DNA of 64,000 nucleotides from Candidatus Oxydemutatoraceae bacterium (GTDB taxonomy: Bacteria; Pseudomonadota; Gammaproteobacteria; Poriferisulfidales; Oxydemutatoraceae). The notes under the pieces are model-generated. The model did no database searches and was not told the origin of the DNA. It worked only from the letters and a program-made list of their open reading frames with translations. The stretch spans positions 672,001 through 736,000 of the forward strand of contig CBDCOZ010000003.1 of NCBI GenBank assembly GCA_965220085.1, written 5' to 3'. How positions within the stretch are numbered: the stretch's first letter is position 1; the number at the start of each line of letters is the position of its first letter. A program made the position numbers and the translations under genes. Shown here piece after piece: positions 1 through 10,502 of the stretch.

Positions 1-4
1 CGAG

Positions 5-281
5 GGGAGAGTATTGCTTGCTACAAGGAAGCGTGTTGGCGCAAGTCTTGCGATGGGATTGCTCGGCTGTCGCAGCAGCCTACCTCAAATGGGGTATGCT
101 CGCTCCCTTGTGCGCACCCTGCAACGCTCCCCTCTTCGGTACGCCTTCGGGGATGGTGCGAGAGAGGAGTGTGGTTTATCCCCCTCTCCAGCGAGCGAAG
201 CTCGCTGACTCTCCCACAAGGGGAGAGTATTGCTTGCTACAAGGGAGCATGTTAGCGCAAGTCTTGCGATGGGATTGCTCG
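5..281. repeat. Two ~60-bp direct repeats flanking a REP/MITE-like palindromic segment
   Basis: GGGAGAGTATTGCTTGCTACAAGG...GCGATGGGATTGCTCG at about 5-64 and 220-281. Inverted elements lie between them (AGCGAGC-GAA-GCTCGCT; CTCTCCC...GGGAGAG). Confidence 0.6.
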
Positions 282-283
282 CG

Positions 284-390
284 CTATCGCAACGGGCCCT
301 CCAAGAAGATGCGCAGCCGCAGGCGCATATCAAATCGATGGTCATGGCGGCGGGCGGAAGCCGCGCCGGCTTGAGTCCGACCATCGGCGC
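284..390 (-). pseudogene. Remnant 3' end of an FLEGPLR-tag gene
   Basis: The minus strand reads DMRLRLRIFLEGPLR-TAG (stop 286-284), preceded in another frame by PPAAMTIDL, which resembles the APATMNIHL end of the neighbouring gene. Confidence 0.7.
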
Positions 391-432
391 CGCCTTCAAT
401 GGCAATACTCACTTGTGCGCGTGTGTTTGCCA

Positions 433-3159
433 TTACCGCAGCGGCCCCTCCAAGAAGATGCGCAAGCGCAGGCGCAGGTCGCCCCCCAGATGGATGTTCA
501 TGGTGGCGGGCGCGCTACTCTCCGTGCCATCGCTGACAGTGAATTTAAATGAGTCATAGTTTCGCCCCGCTTCCGCACCGTCCGCCGGGTAGTAAGCGAG
601 CATGGAGATGTCGGACACAGACACCACGTTGTTTTTGCTCGAGCCGGATGTCAACAGCGCTTCGCCGCCTACCAACAAAGCGCCCTTGTCCGGCGCATCG
701 GTGATGGTGATACCTTGCAGAGAGTCACCGGTGTCCTCGTCGGCAAACGGGAAGTCGCTCTTCTGAAATGCATGGGGCATCTCCTCGGTGGTCATGGTGG
801 GCACGGACACTTCGCTGTCTTCGGTCATCGGCGCATCGTTGACATTGGCAACCCGCGCACCAGCGGAACAGAGCGGGCCCTCGTCGGTGTCTATGCCATC
901 TTTAAATGTCAGGCAGACGCGGATGTATCTGCCCACCTGAGCTTGCCGCGGGGTGAAGGCGGCGGCGGCGGCTCCGGCGATGACGGCGTAGGCGCTGTCC
1001 GCCGGGGCGTTGCCGTTGGCGGGGGCGGCGGCAGATTCCCACTGCCACATCAGGGTTCTGCGGTCTATGCCGTTGCCATCGGTGATGTCGTCGACGGAGG
1101 CGGTCAATTCCGTGTCCTCGTCGTAGGCGGCGCCGGCAACCGCTGTCACCGTCGGCATGCCGGTTGCCGTTGATTGCATGGCCGACACCAGGGCTATGGT
1201 GATGACGGCCTCGTTGCTATCCTTCGCATCCGTGCCGGTTCGGACGCTGTACGTAAATCTGTCATAGTTCGCCGTGGGCGTGGTGGCATCCGCGGCAAGG
1301 ACATAGACCAACTCGATCCCTCCTTCTTCTCCGAGTTGCTCAAATTCTTCCCTTGTGAATGCTGCGGGAACGCTCGTTAAAGTTGCAGCAGTAGCGGTGG
1401 CGGGGCGGCGGAGAGACAGCGTACCGTTGTCAGGCAGACTGACTAATTGCATGTGAACCAAGGCATCCCCGTCCTCGTCGCTAAACGGAAAATCATCCGC
1501 CGAGAAATCATAACTGCGGCCCGCGGCCACGGGGATGGTATTGCCCGGCGCCACCGGCGCATCGGCGACATCGGCGGTCGTGATGGAGGCGGAATAGAGC
1601 GGACCCTCGCTCTCGCCCAGGCCATCGTCAAAGGTGATGCGGACGCGGGTATGCATGCCCACCTGGGCCTGGGTCAGGGCGAAGGCGGCATCGGTGGCCC
1701 CGGTTATGTTGGTCCAGGCGCTGCTTGTCGGCGGCGGGGCCGCGCCATCGACCGGGGCGGCTTGCTGCCACTGCCACCTGACTGTGCCCTCGTCTATGCC
1801 GTTGCGGTCAAATATTATAAAGTTCGTGCCGTCATCGTATGCGGCGGTCAGCACGGTGTGCTGGAGTTGGCTGGCGCCCGAGGGGGTGATGGCTGGCGCA
1901 CCGCCGGCGGGGACCTGGTTGGTGTCTGCCAGACGGATGTTCATGATGGCGGGGCCAGCGCTTACATTGGTTTCTATCTCTTCGCCATTGGCATCCACCC
2001 TAATATCGTCGCCATCGTCCTCCACCCAGAATCTGAACTGGGCGTAGAATGAACCTGTCAAATTATAGCGGTCGGTGACAGGCCTATAGCTGACCGTCGG
2101 ATAGTAGGTGAGGTCGCCAGCCTCAAGTTGCGCCACGGTTACGGTGGTCGGGAGGTTGTTGTCGTTCAGGGTTCCGGTGCCATCCAGAACTAAAGTGCCG
2201 GTGCCCTGGGCGTTGCCACTGTGCGGGCTGGGTATAACGATGTTCACCAACGCATCGCCATCGTCATCGGCGAAGCGAAAGTCGGATGGCTTGAAGACAT
2301 ATGGCTCGTCGGAAGTGGCGTCGGCGCGCACCGCAACACTGCTTCGCTGTGCCACCGGCGCATCGTTGGAGTTGACCACCAGCCCCTCGGTGGTGAGGCA
2401 GAAATTTTCCACGGTGCCAAAGTCATCCGTATAGGTGATACAGCAACGGATGCGATTGCCGACATGTTTCTGGTCGGGGGTAAAAGACAGGATTAGTCTG
2501 CTGGTTTCGGTGAATATCCCGTCGCCGCCATTATCGGCGCTCCAAATATATGTGGCATTGTGGAGACTACTCAAACCGTCGGCGTCGTTTATGCCCTCGG
2601 GTATCAGTCCTATGCCCATGCCCTCTACGAGTGCGCCGGTCAGCGCAGGGGCGCCTTCACCGGTTCCCATGGTAAACATGGGGTTGTCGGGCGGATTATT
2701 GAATCCGGTCACGGCATCGTCTATCCGATGGCATCTCGTCTCGGAATTGGGGGTGGCGGCCATATCCATGAACGTGGCGCAGACCTGCAGATACTTGCCC
2801 ACCTGATCCTGTCGCGGGGTTAAGGTGGCGGTGTTCGCGTTATTGGATCTGGTGGCGGTGATGTCGGTATAGGTGCCGCCGTTGGAGTCGGCCTGGCTCC
2901 ATTGCCAAGTGGCGACGAAGGGGTCTGGCAACCCATCGGTGTCGGCTATGTCGCCCTTGGATGCGGTGATGGCGATGTTCCTGTTGGGGGCGCTGAGCTC
3001 TCTGGCGTAGGATACGGCGGGCTCACCGGTGGCGTTCTGCGCCTGTGCCTGAGCGCAGACAGCGAGCATGGCGAGCACAAAAAGACCGCGCCCGATCATC
3101 GTTGCCCACCCGTATGTGCACAGGGGGGGGGGGGTAGCATTAAAAACTTGTTTATTCAT
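433..3159 (-). CDS. FLEGPLR-tag family secreted protein A (908 aa); alternating cadherin/Ig-like repeats; poly-C12 in frame (ON)
   Basis: GGAG RBS precedes ATG 3159 (MNKQVFNATPPPL...). Signal peptide ends AQAQA. Repeated DFPFxDxD and W.WQ...FTPxQxQVGxYxxVC modules. Ends LRLRLRIFLEGPLR*. Confidence 0.85.
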   Translation of the reverse strand: MNKQVFNATPPPLCTYGWATMIGRGLFVLAMLAVCAQAQAQNATGEPAVSYARELSAPNRNIAITASKGDIADTDGLPDPFVATWQWSQADSNGGTYTDITATRSNNANTATLTPRQDQVGKYLQVCATFMDMAATPNSETRCHRIDDAVTGFNNPPDNPMFTMGTGEGAPALTGALVEGMGIGLIPEGINDADGLSSLHNATYIWSADNGGDGIFTETSRLILSFTPDQKHVGNRIRCCITYTDDFGTVENFCLTTEGLVVNSNDAPVAQRSSVAVRADATSDEPYVFKPSDFRFADDDGDALVNIVIPSPHSGNAQGTGTLVLDGTGTLNDNNLPTTVTVAQLEAGDLTYYPTVSYRPVTDRYNLTGSFYAQFRFWVEDDGDDIRVDANGEEIETNVSAGPAIMNIRLADTNQVPAGGAPAITPSGASQLQHTVLTAAYDDGTNFIIFDRNGIDEGTVRWQWQQAAPVDGAAPPPTSSAWTNITGATDAAFALTQAQVGMHTRVRITFDDGLGESEGPLYSASITTADVADAPVAPGNTIPVAAGRSYDFSADDFPFSDEDGDALVHMQLVSLPDNGTLSLRRPATATAATLTSVPAAFTREEFEQLGEEGGIELVYVLAADATTPTANYDRFTYSVRTGTDAKDSNEAVITIALVSAMQSTATGMPTVTAVAGAAYDEDTELTASVDDITDGNGIDRRTLMWQWESAAAPANGNAPADSAYAVIAGAAAAAFTPRQAQVGRYIRVCLTFKDGIDTDEGPLCSAGARVANVNDAPMTEDSEVSVPTMTTEEMPHAFQKSDFPFADEDTGDSLQGITITDAPDKGALLVGGEALLTSGSSKNNVVSVSDISMLAYYPADGAEAGRNYDSFKFTVSDGTESSAPATMNIHLGGDLRLRLRIFLEGPLR
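3123..3134 (-). repeat. Poly-C12 tract in the leader of gene A (in frame)
   Basis: G12 on the + strand. Confidence 0.9.
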
Positions 3160-3408
3160 AGTATCTCTCCAAATGGCTTGTCTGGTGAATACGATTATGC
3201 CACGAGTGTTGGCACTCTTAGTGCTATGTACTCTATCACAAATCATAGTCTTCCTCCTGATGTTCGGTCTTGTCTAACAAATATAGTTATATCGATGAGT
3301 GCCGTACTCTTAGCATTTGTACTCTGCCACAAAGCGCAAGTTATCAAATTTCCATTCATGGGTAGCCTTCCGATAGGGTACTCTTATGTACTGCACTACG
3401 AGTATCGC

Positions 3409-3437
3409 ACTCTATCACAAGCGCGAGCCCTTTGCAA
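3409..3437 (-). promoter_or_regulatory. Family sigma70-like promoter TTGCAA-N17-TAGAGT
   Basis: Variant of the motif found upstream of all family loci. Confidence 0.55.
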
Positions 3438-4025
3438 GCGCCTGTTTGATGCCATGACATAGCGGACATTTGGGGCAAATATCGTGTGTGTCACAGGCGC
3501 TTGAAACATCGGCACATAGCGGGATGCGCGGCCTTGAAGCCTCTATCGGCGCAAGGGTTCCGGGGCTTGGTTCGTTATCCGTAGCAATGGCCGCAAGGTG
3601 GTACGTAGCCTTGAAACCCGTGCCGGAACGGGGCGTACGGTGCGCTATGACGGCGGGTCGCGCGCGCCCGGCGCATCTGATCGGGTGCGTCGGCAATCAG
3701 GCGCGCGCGGGCCGGCGAAGCCGCGCATGCCATGGCAACTGATATTTTTGCCCCGCGCATGCCGTGATGAGCGGCTGAGGCGGCAAGCGTCCATGCTGGC
3801 TTTTATGCCGCGTGTCTCCGATAATGTAAGGGCTTCAAGTTTTGGTCGCAAGACTCATGGTTGCCTCCTTTGTGGCGGAAGCAACTATTTTGTGGAAACC
3901 TCTGATGCCGTTGCCGATGTGTTGCTGTTGCGACAACTCGTGTTGAAGCCGGGAATCCGCAATGTTTCCGGCATGATTCAATATCTGTCTCAAGATGTAT
4001 GTAAATATCACGGCTTTATTCTGTT

Positions 4026-5195
4026 ATGCAAACGCCCCGATTGAAAACACCGCCGCCCGCTGAAGGCGGCGATTACAGACGCTCCGTCGCCGCGGGTCGG
4101 CAGTGGCATTGGCTTGCCGACGAGATAAAAAGCCGCGGGCGCGCGCTCGGTTTTGATGCGGTCGGCATTAGCGGGACGGATTTGGCTGCGGACGAAGCGC
4201 GTCTGCTGGAATGGCTTGCGCAGGGAATGCACGGCGATATGGAGTATATGCGGAAGCATGGCGCCAAGCGCAGCCGTCCGTCCGAGTTGATTGCGGGAAC
4301 GGTCAGCGTGATATCGGCGCGGATGAATTATCTGTCGGCGGCGGCGCGCGGTGCCAAGGCGACATTGCGCGCGCCGCAGAAGGCATACATCGCGCGCTAC
4401 GCGTTGGGCCGCGACTATCATCGTTTGATTCGCAAGCGCCTGCAAAAACTCGCCGACTATATCGAGAGTGTCACCGAGGGAGCGCAATGTCGCGCTTTTT
4501 GCGACAGCGCGCCGGTGTTGGAGAAACCGCTGTCACAAAAAGCGGGCATCGCGTGGATGGGCAAGCATACGGTCATGATCGATCGCAAAGCGGGGTCGTG
4601 GTTCTTTCTCGGCGAGCTCTATACCAACCTGCCGCTGCCGGCTTCAAGCGCCGACACAAGGGATTATTGCGGTAATTGTCGGCGTTGCCTTGACGTGTGT
4701 CCGACGCGGGCGATCGTATCGCCGTGGCGGTTGGATGCGAGAAAGTGCATCGCCTATCTGACGATCGAACACAAAGGGTCCATCCCGTTGCAACTGCGGC
4801 CTTTGATTGGCAATCGCATCTATGGCTGCGATGATTGCCAGATTTTCTGCCCGTGGAATCACCGCGTACAACACGCTCGCGAGCCGGATTTTAATCCGCG
4901 CCACGGAATGGATGACGCAGACTTGCTGGAGTTGTTTGCTTGGAGCAAATGGCAGTTTGAACGCCGCTTTGAAGGCTCGCCGATTCGCCGGCTCGGTTAT
5001 GAATGTTGGTTGCGCAATATTGCGGTGGCGATAGGCAACGCGCCCTATAGCGAGAAGCATGTCAGGGCCTTGGCGGCCCGCCGTTGTGATCCGTCGCCTC
5101 TGGTGGCCGAACATGTGCGTTGGGCTTTGCGCGAGCAACTCGGCAAATGCCGTCAATCGGGTCGCAATGACGGTCGCGGGCGGGCTTACTTGTAA
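4026..5195 (+). CDS. queG: tRNA epoxyqueuosine reductase
   Basis: YALGRDYH, DSAPVLEK, CGNCRRCLDVCPT and YGCDDCQIFCPWN Fe-S motifs. Confidence 0.95.
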   Translation: MQTPRLKTPPPAEGGDYRRSVAAGRQWHWLADEIKSRGRALGFDAVGISGTDLAADEARLLEWLAQGMHGDMEYMRKHGAKRSRPSELIAGTVSVISARMNYLSAAARGAKATLRAPQKAYIARYALGRDYHRLIRKRLQKLADYIESVTEGAQCRAFCDSAPVLEKPLSQKAGIAWMGKHTVMIDRKAGSWFFLGELYTNLPLPASSADTRDYCGNCRRCLDVCPTRAIVSPWRLDARKCIAYLTIEHKGSIPLQLRPLIGNRIYGCDDCQIFCPWNHRVQHAREPDFNPRHGMDDADLLELFAWSKWQFERRFEGSPIRRLGYECWLRNIAVAIGNAPYSEKHVRALAARRCDPSPLVAEHVRWALREQLGKCRQSGRNDGRGRAYL

Positions 5196-6715
5196 TAGCG
5201 GCCGATCAGCGCGTTCGTCGATGCGTCAAAAGCGGTTGTCTCCGCCTCCTCTTGCAAGGTCTTAAACAGCTCGGCGGAGAGCGCTTTGCCCGCCGCAACC
5301 CCCCATTGATCAAAGGGGTTTATATTCCAAATGACCGCGTTGCAAAAGACCTTGTGTTCGTAGAGCGCTATCAGCGCGCCGAGCGTCTCGGGGGTGAGTT
5401 CCCGCATCAGCAAGGCGGTGTTGGGGCGGTTGCCCGGCAGGTGTTTTTGCGGGTCGGGATCATCGCGCCCGTTCATGAGCAGGTGCGACTGCGCCAGAAA
5501 GTTGGCATACAGTTGTTCGCGGGCCTCGCCTTGTTGCGCGCTTGCGATAAAATCAATCGGTATGAATTGCGTGCCTTGATGCAACAGTTGCCCGAAGGAA
5601 TGCTGCCCCTCAAGCGCCATGCCTCCCCACACCACCGGCGCGGTCGAATAGTTCAGCGCTTCGCCGTCGCGGGAAACCCGTTTGCCGTTGCTTTCCATCT
5701 CCAGTTGCTGGAGATAGACAGGGAATAGTTCCAGTTGTCGTATGTAACTCAATACGGCGCGGCTCTGCGCGCCAAAAAAATTGCCATACCAGATATCTAA
5801 CAACGACAGGATGACCGGAATATTCTGTCGCAACGGTCTGCTGCAAAAGTGGTCGTCCATTTGTTTGGCGCCGGCGAGCAGAGCGGCAAAGGCATCCATG
5901 CCGGCGTGTATTGCGAAGGGCAGTCCGGCGGCGGAGCACAGCGAATAGCGTCCGCCTACCGTCGCCGGAATCAGAAAGCGGTTTTCCGCCAAGATACCCG
6001 ATCGAGCGACAGCCTCCGCGCTGCCGGATATTGCGATGAAGTGTTGGGCGACACTTTGCGGCGCGCCGCCGACCCATTCTCTGGCATAGCGCGCATTGGC
6101 CTTTGATTCCCAACTGGAAAAGCTTTTGGAGGTGACGACGAACAGGGTCCGCTCGGGGTCCAAATGCGCCAATAAGTCCTGCAATTCGTTGCCGCCGACA
6201 GCGGCGACAAAATGCACCCGCACCCGGCTGTCCCCGGTTGCGATGGCGCGACAGGCCATCGCGCAACCGATATGTGATCCGCCGATGCCGATGCAGACCA
6301 CATCGCGTATCGGCTTGCCGCTGTGCCCGAGTTTTTCGCCGGCGCGCAATGTCCGGCTGAGTTGCCGCAGCCGTGACAAAGTGTCTCTGTGTTGCGCCGT
6401 CGCCGGTTGGCTGCGCATCTGCGTATGGGTGGCGCCGCGTTGTTCGCTGGCATTGACTTTTTCGCCGCCGAATAATTTATGCCGCCACGCTTCCAGCCCG
6501 GCTTGCTCCGCCAGCGCGATCAAAAGATCCATGGTTTCGTCCAGCGCTCTGTTTTTTGAATAGTCGACGAGCAGACCGCAGTCTTGGATAACGAATTTTT
6601 TCGCTCTGGCGGGATCTGCGGCAAACATGGCGCGCATGTGCAAGGACGAAACCGAGCGGTAATGCTTGCGCAAAGCATCTGTGCGCGGGGAATTCAAAGC
6701 GGGAATGTTTTGCAT
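5186..6715 (-). CDS. pgi: Glucose-6-phosphate isomerase
   Basis: DYSKN, GIGGSHIG, SKSF, VGGRYS, QQLEMESNGK and NPFDQWGV motifs; start taken at MQNIP. Confidence 0.95.
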   Translation of the reverse strand: MQNIPALNSPRTDALRKHYRSVSSLHMRAMFAADPARAKKFVIQDCGLLVDYSKNRALDETMDLLIALAEQAGLEAWRHKLFGGEKVNASEQRGATHTQMRSQPATAQHRDTLSRLRQLSRTLRAGEKLGHSGKPIRDVVCIGIGGSHIGCAMACRAIATGDSRVRVHFVAAVGGNELQDLLAHLDPERTLFVVTSKSFSSWESKANARYAREWVGGAPQSVAQHFIAISGSAEAVARSGILAENRFLIPATVGGRYSLCSAAGLPFAIHAGMDAFAALLAGAKQMDDHFCSRPLRQNIPVILSLLDIWYGNFFGAQSRAVLSYIRQLELFPVYLQQLEMESNGKRVSRDGEALNYSTAPVVWGGMALEGQHSFGQLLHQGTQFIPIDFIASAQQGEAREQLYANFLAQSHLLMNGRDDPDPQKHLPGNRPNTALLMRELTPETLGALIALYEHKVFCNAVIWNINPFDQWGVAAGKALSAELFKTLQEEAETTAFDASTNALIGRYYK

Positions 6716-6877
6716 ACAAATATAATACCCTAAGCAAGGCAAATAGACATTGTTTCGGCGTTATCATCCCTTTGCAACGCAACGATAGTCGGTCGCAAGG
6801 CGGCGGGTGTTTTGCAAGAGCAAAACAAGATTTGGTAAAATGAGCAGTTAGTCATAAGAACTTGAACTGATAACAAA

Positions 6878-9688
6878 ATGAAACATACCGACGCCAGGGC
6901 GGACAAACGCCTCCGCACCCGTGTCAAACTACTCGGCAAACTACTCGGCAATGTCATCCGCGAGCAGGGCGGCGAAGAGGCTTTTCGCACCGTCGAATTT
7001 CTCCGCCGCGGGTTTGTCGCCTTGAGCAAAAACAACGACGACAGGCAACGCCGTCGCTTGGCAGAGTTTATTGCGCGCATGGATACGGGCACGACCGAGA
7101 CGGTTGTGCGGGCTTTTTCGACCTATTTCAATCTGATCAATGTCGCGGAAGAAATTGCGCAACACGGTCGCGCGGATCAGGCGCACCAAGACAACTCCAT
7201 ATTTGTCGATGTGAAATCGTTCAAAGCCGTTTTGCAGTCTTTCAAAAGCGCTCAGTTGAAAGCATCGCAGGTGCAATTATTGTTTAACCAGCTTTGCTAT
7301 ATGCCGGTGTTTACCGCGCACCCGACCGAAGCGAGACGGCGCACGACGATGCAGCTCACAGGGCGGATTCTGAGCATGTTGAACCGCTTGGAGCGCACGA
7401 ACAAGGCCGACGAGAAGCGGGACATATCGGAAGCGCTTCAGTGCCTGATACAAGTATTGTGGAAGACCGATGAGATGCGTCTGAGCAAGCCGACTGTGGA
7501 AGCCGAAGTGGTGAACGGGCTGTATTATTTCACCAACTCCTTGTTTGAGTCGGTGCCGAAGACCTACCGCGATCTGGAAGAAGCCGCGAACGAAGTATAC
7601 CCCGATGAGGATATACATGTGCCCGGATTTATCCGCTTCGGTTCGTGGATCGGCGGCGATCGCGATGGCAACCCGCACGTTGTCGCAAAGGTCACCCGCA
7701 AGACAGTCCGCTTACAGAGCGAGGTGGTGTTGAGCGAATACATCAGACGCCTTGACGTGTTGATCGGCGAATTGACTTATTCCGGCAGTTTTGTCGCCCC
7801 GTCCGAAAACTTCATCCTGTTACAAGAAAAAGACCGCGAGTTGGCGCGCTTTGCGTTTTCTGACAAGCCGATCGATTTCATCAAAGAGCCTTACCGCAGA
7901 AAGTTGGCGGTGATGCGCTTTCGGTTGCAGATCACATTGGATTTGAACAACGGTCGGATGCGGGCGCGGACGCAACAATATGCGTACAAGCGCGCGCATG
8001 AATTCCTTGACGAATTGCGGGTGATAGACGAATCTTTGCGCAGCCACGGGGATGCGCGCATCGCCGACGGCAATTTGCGCGACTTGATCCGGCTGGTCGA
8101 AACGTTCGGCTTTCATTTGATGCAGTTGGATATGCGCGAAGAATCCGGGCGGCACGCGATGGCCGTGACCGAGATTATGCGACAGTGGGCGGAGGGAGAC
8201 TACGCGGCGATGTCTCCCGAGCAACGCGCCGAGCTTCTGACGCGCAAGTTGCAAGACGACGCATTGCCGGCGCTGAATGTTCCCGATTTGAGCAAAGATG
8301 CTCGGCGCGTGTTGTCGGTCTTTGATTGTGTCAGCGAGTTGCGCGAGACCTACGGCGCCGAGGCGATCGGCAACTATGTGATTTCAATGACGCACCACCC
8401 GAGCGACATATTGGAAGTCATGTTGCTTGGCAAATTGGCCGGATTGCTCGGCAAAAAGGAAGACGGCGATGTTTTTTGCAATTTGCATATATCGCCTCTG
8501 TTTGAAACGATAGACGACTTGAACCGGATCAGCGCCACCCTCGATTGCCTGTTTTCCAACCGCACCTATGACGATTTTCTCAAGGCTTCGGGCGGCTGGC
8601 AGGAAGTGATGCTGGGGTATTCCGACTCGTGCAAGGACGGCGGCATTCTGTCCTCGACTTGGGGGTTGTATCTGGCGCAAAAAAGCATCATGAGTTTGGT
8701 CGTCAAATACAATGTGTCGTGTCGTCTGTTCCACGGCCGCGGCGGCACGATTGGGCGCGGCGGCGGGCCGACCTATCGTTCCATCGCTTCGCAACCCCCC
8801 GGCACGGTGAACGGTCAGATAAAGATCACCGAGCAAGGCGAAGTGCTGTCGCTGAAATATAACAACAGTCAAACGGCGGTTTATGAATTGTCCACCGCCA
8901 TCGCCGGTTTGTTGTGGTCGAGTCAGCACTATATGTTGCGCGACCGTTTTGATTTGAAAGAGCGACCGAAAGACGACAGCGAATACTTGGAGGTCATGAA
9001 GCGGCTGACCGCGGTGGGCGAACGGACATACCGTCAATTGATAGATGACACCGACGGCATTCTTGACTATTTTTATGAAGCGACGCCGATCAATGAGATC
9101 GGCATGATGAATATCGGGTCGCGCCCGTCGCACCGTCGCCGCAGCGATCGCTCGCGGACTTCGATTCGCGCGATTCCTTGGGTATTTAGCTGGTCTTTGT
9201 CGCGGCATACGTTGCCGGCGTGGTTTGGGCTCGGCAGCGCGTTGCAAGAGTATGTTGAAAATGAGGACGGCAAAGGGATGGCGGGGCTGCGCGAGATGTA
9301 TGCCAACTGGTCGTTTTTCCATAACTTGATCGAGAACACACAGCTGGCTTTGGCGAAGGCCAATATGAATACGGCGAAAGAATACGCCGGTTTGTGTCAG
9401 GACGCGGACAAGGCGCGTGAGATTTTTTCGATCATAGAGGACGAATATGCCAAGACCGTCAAATACGTTCTTGCCGTCAGCGGTTGCGAACGCTTGTTGG
9501 AGCACGAGGAGCCGCAGATGTTGTCGTTGCAACGGCGCGCGCCGTACCTTGACCCGCTCAATTATATTCAAGTGAACCTCTTGAAAAGGCAACGCGAAGG
9601 GACAGCGGACAACGATGCGGACGGTTCGTTGCCGTGCATACTGCGAACGATCAGCGCGTTATCGCTCGGCATGCGCAATACCGGTTAG
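6878..9688 (+). CDS. ppc: Phosphoenolpyruvate carboxylase
   Basis: VFTAHPTE, SWIGGDRDGNP, QEVMLGYSDSCKDGG, FHGRGGTIGRGGGP, C-terminal MRNTG. Confidence 0.97.
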   Translation: MKHTDARADKRLRTRVKLLGKLLGNVIREQGGEEAFRTVEFLRRGFVALSKNNDDRQRRRLAEFIARMDTGTTETVVRAFSTYFNLINVAEEIAQHGRADQAHQDNSIFVDVKSFKAVLQSFKSAQLKASQVQLLFNQLCYMPVFTAHPTEARRRTTMQLTGRILSMLNRLERTNKADEKRDISEALQCLIQVLWKTDEMRLSKPTVEAEVVNGLYYFTNSLFESVPKTYRDLEEAANEVYPDEDIHVPGFIRFGSWIGGDRDGNPHVVAKVTRKTVRLQSEVVLSEYIRRLDVLIGELTYSGSFVAPSENFILLQEKDRELARFAFSDKPIDFIKEPYRRKLAVMRFRLQITLDLNNGRMRARTQQYAYKRAHEFLDELRVIDESLRSHGDARIADGNLRDLIRLVETFGFHLMQLDMREESGRHAMAVTEIMRQWAEGDYAAMSPEQRAELLTRKLQDDALPALNVPDLSKDARRVLSVFDCVSELRETYGAEAIGNYVISMTHHPSDILEVMLLGKLAGLLGKKEDGDVFCNLHISPLFETIDDLNRISATLDCLFSNRTYDDFLKASGGWQEVMLGYSDSCKDGGILSSTWGLYLAQKSIMSLVVKYNVSCRLFHGRGGTIGRGGGPTYRSIASQPPGTVNGQIKITEQGEVLSLKYNNSQTAVYELSTAIAGLLWSSQHYMLRDRFDLKERPKDDSEYLEVMKRLTAVGERTYRQLIDDTDGILDYFYEATPINEIGMMNIGSRPSHRRRSDRSRTSIRAIPWVFSWSLSRHTLPAWFGLGSALQEYVENEDGKGMAGLREMYANWSFFHNLIENTQLALAKANMNTAKEYAGLCQDADKAREIFSIIEDEYAKTVKYVLAVSGCERLLEHEEPQMLSLQRRAPYLDPLNYIQVNLLKRQREGTADNDADGSLPCILRTISALSLGMRNTG

Positions 9689-9733
9689 GCGCAAGCCGCG
9701 CCCGGCGCTCCGGATGACGGCGACCGCAATCTG

Positions 9734-10123
9734 CTAGGCAATCTTTGACGCTTGCAACGTGATTTTGTTTGCGCTGCGGGTGATTTTATTGTCGTCGTCC
9801 AGATAGAGCAAAGTCGGCTTGTGCAGGCGGGCGGCGGCGGCATCAAGCCGGACATAGGCGCATATGATCACCTGATCATGAACACTCGCTTTGTGTGCGG
9901 CGGCGCCGAGCAATGATATGACGCCCGAATGGGCCTCCGCTGCCAGCGCATAGGTCGTAAAGCGCTCGCCGTTGCTGATGTTGTAGATGTCCAACTGTTC
10001 GTATTCAAGAATGCCGGCATGCGTCAATAGGCGTTTGTCGATCGCGCACGAGCCCTCATAAGTCGGCTTCGTGTGCGTAATCCGCGCGGCATGCAACTTG
10101 GCCTTGAGAAGCGTTAATTCCAT
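9734..10123 (-). CDS. panD: Aspartate 1-decarboxylase
   Basis: KAKLHAA, YEGSCAID (Gly-Ser autocleavage site), NGERFTTY. Confidence 0.95.
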   Translation of the reverse strand: MELTLLKAKLHAARITHTKPTYEGSCAIDKRLLTHAGILEYEQLDIYNISNGERFTTYALAAEAHSGVISLLGAAAHKASVHDQVIICAYVRLDAAAARLHKPTLLYLDDDNKITRSANKITLQASKIA

Positions 10124-10334
10124 GCGCCATAGGGTATCTTTTTATTGCTTAATTGCAAGCCTTCGGTTGATGCCATGACATTATCGGACGCCTGGGGCAG
10201 ATATTGCGGGTGTCATAGGCGCTAGCCTCAGTCCGTAGCATGCTCCCTTCGCGGGGGCATGAAACCATGACAGGTAGCCTATCCGACGAGCATTCAATGT
10301 CCGCATGTCGGTCGGCAACAGACCCTCCTCAAAC

Positions 10335-10437
10335 TCCGCAAACAGTTTGTGGAACACAAACAACTGAGTTATTTGTGCTCTCATATCGTTTGTGCCTCTT
10401 ATTACCGTGCCTCATTAAATGTTGTTTGTGTGCATAC
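10335..10437 (+). repeat. Orphan inverted copy of the family 5' leader element
   Basis: Matches the reverse complement of 35330-35430 and resembles 23425-23545 (CCGCAAACAGTTTGTGG...GTTTGTGCCTC). No + strand family gene follows. Confidence 0.65.
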
Positions 10438-10502
10438 TCCCTGCCCTGTTTCATCCTCTCGCGCCTCATCACGCTCCTCTTCTCCGCCGCAGGGTATTCG
10501 CG

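Noticed and set aside
433-480. Tag as a purely DNA-level repeat or terminator
   Set aside because: Variation is mostly synonymous or conservative, and the frame and stop position are fixed, so the constraint is on the protein. A secondary role as a DNA anchor is retained as a hypothesis.
8384-9592. Long antisense ORFs opposite ppc, pcnB, clpX and the ABC genes
   Set aside because: Typical GC-rich antisense shadows of well-supported genes, with no recognisable motifs.
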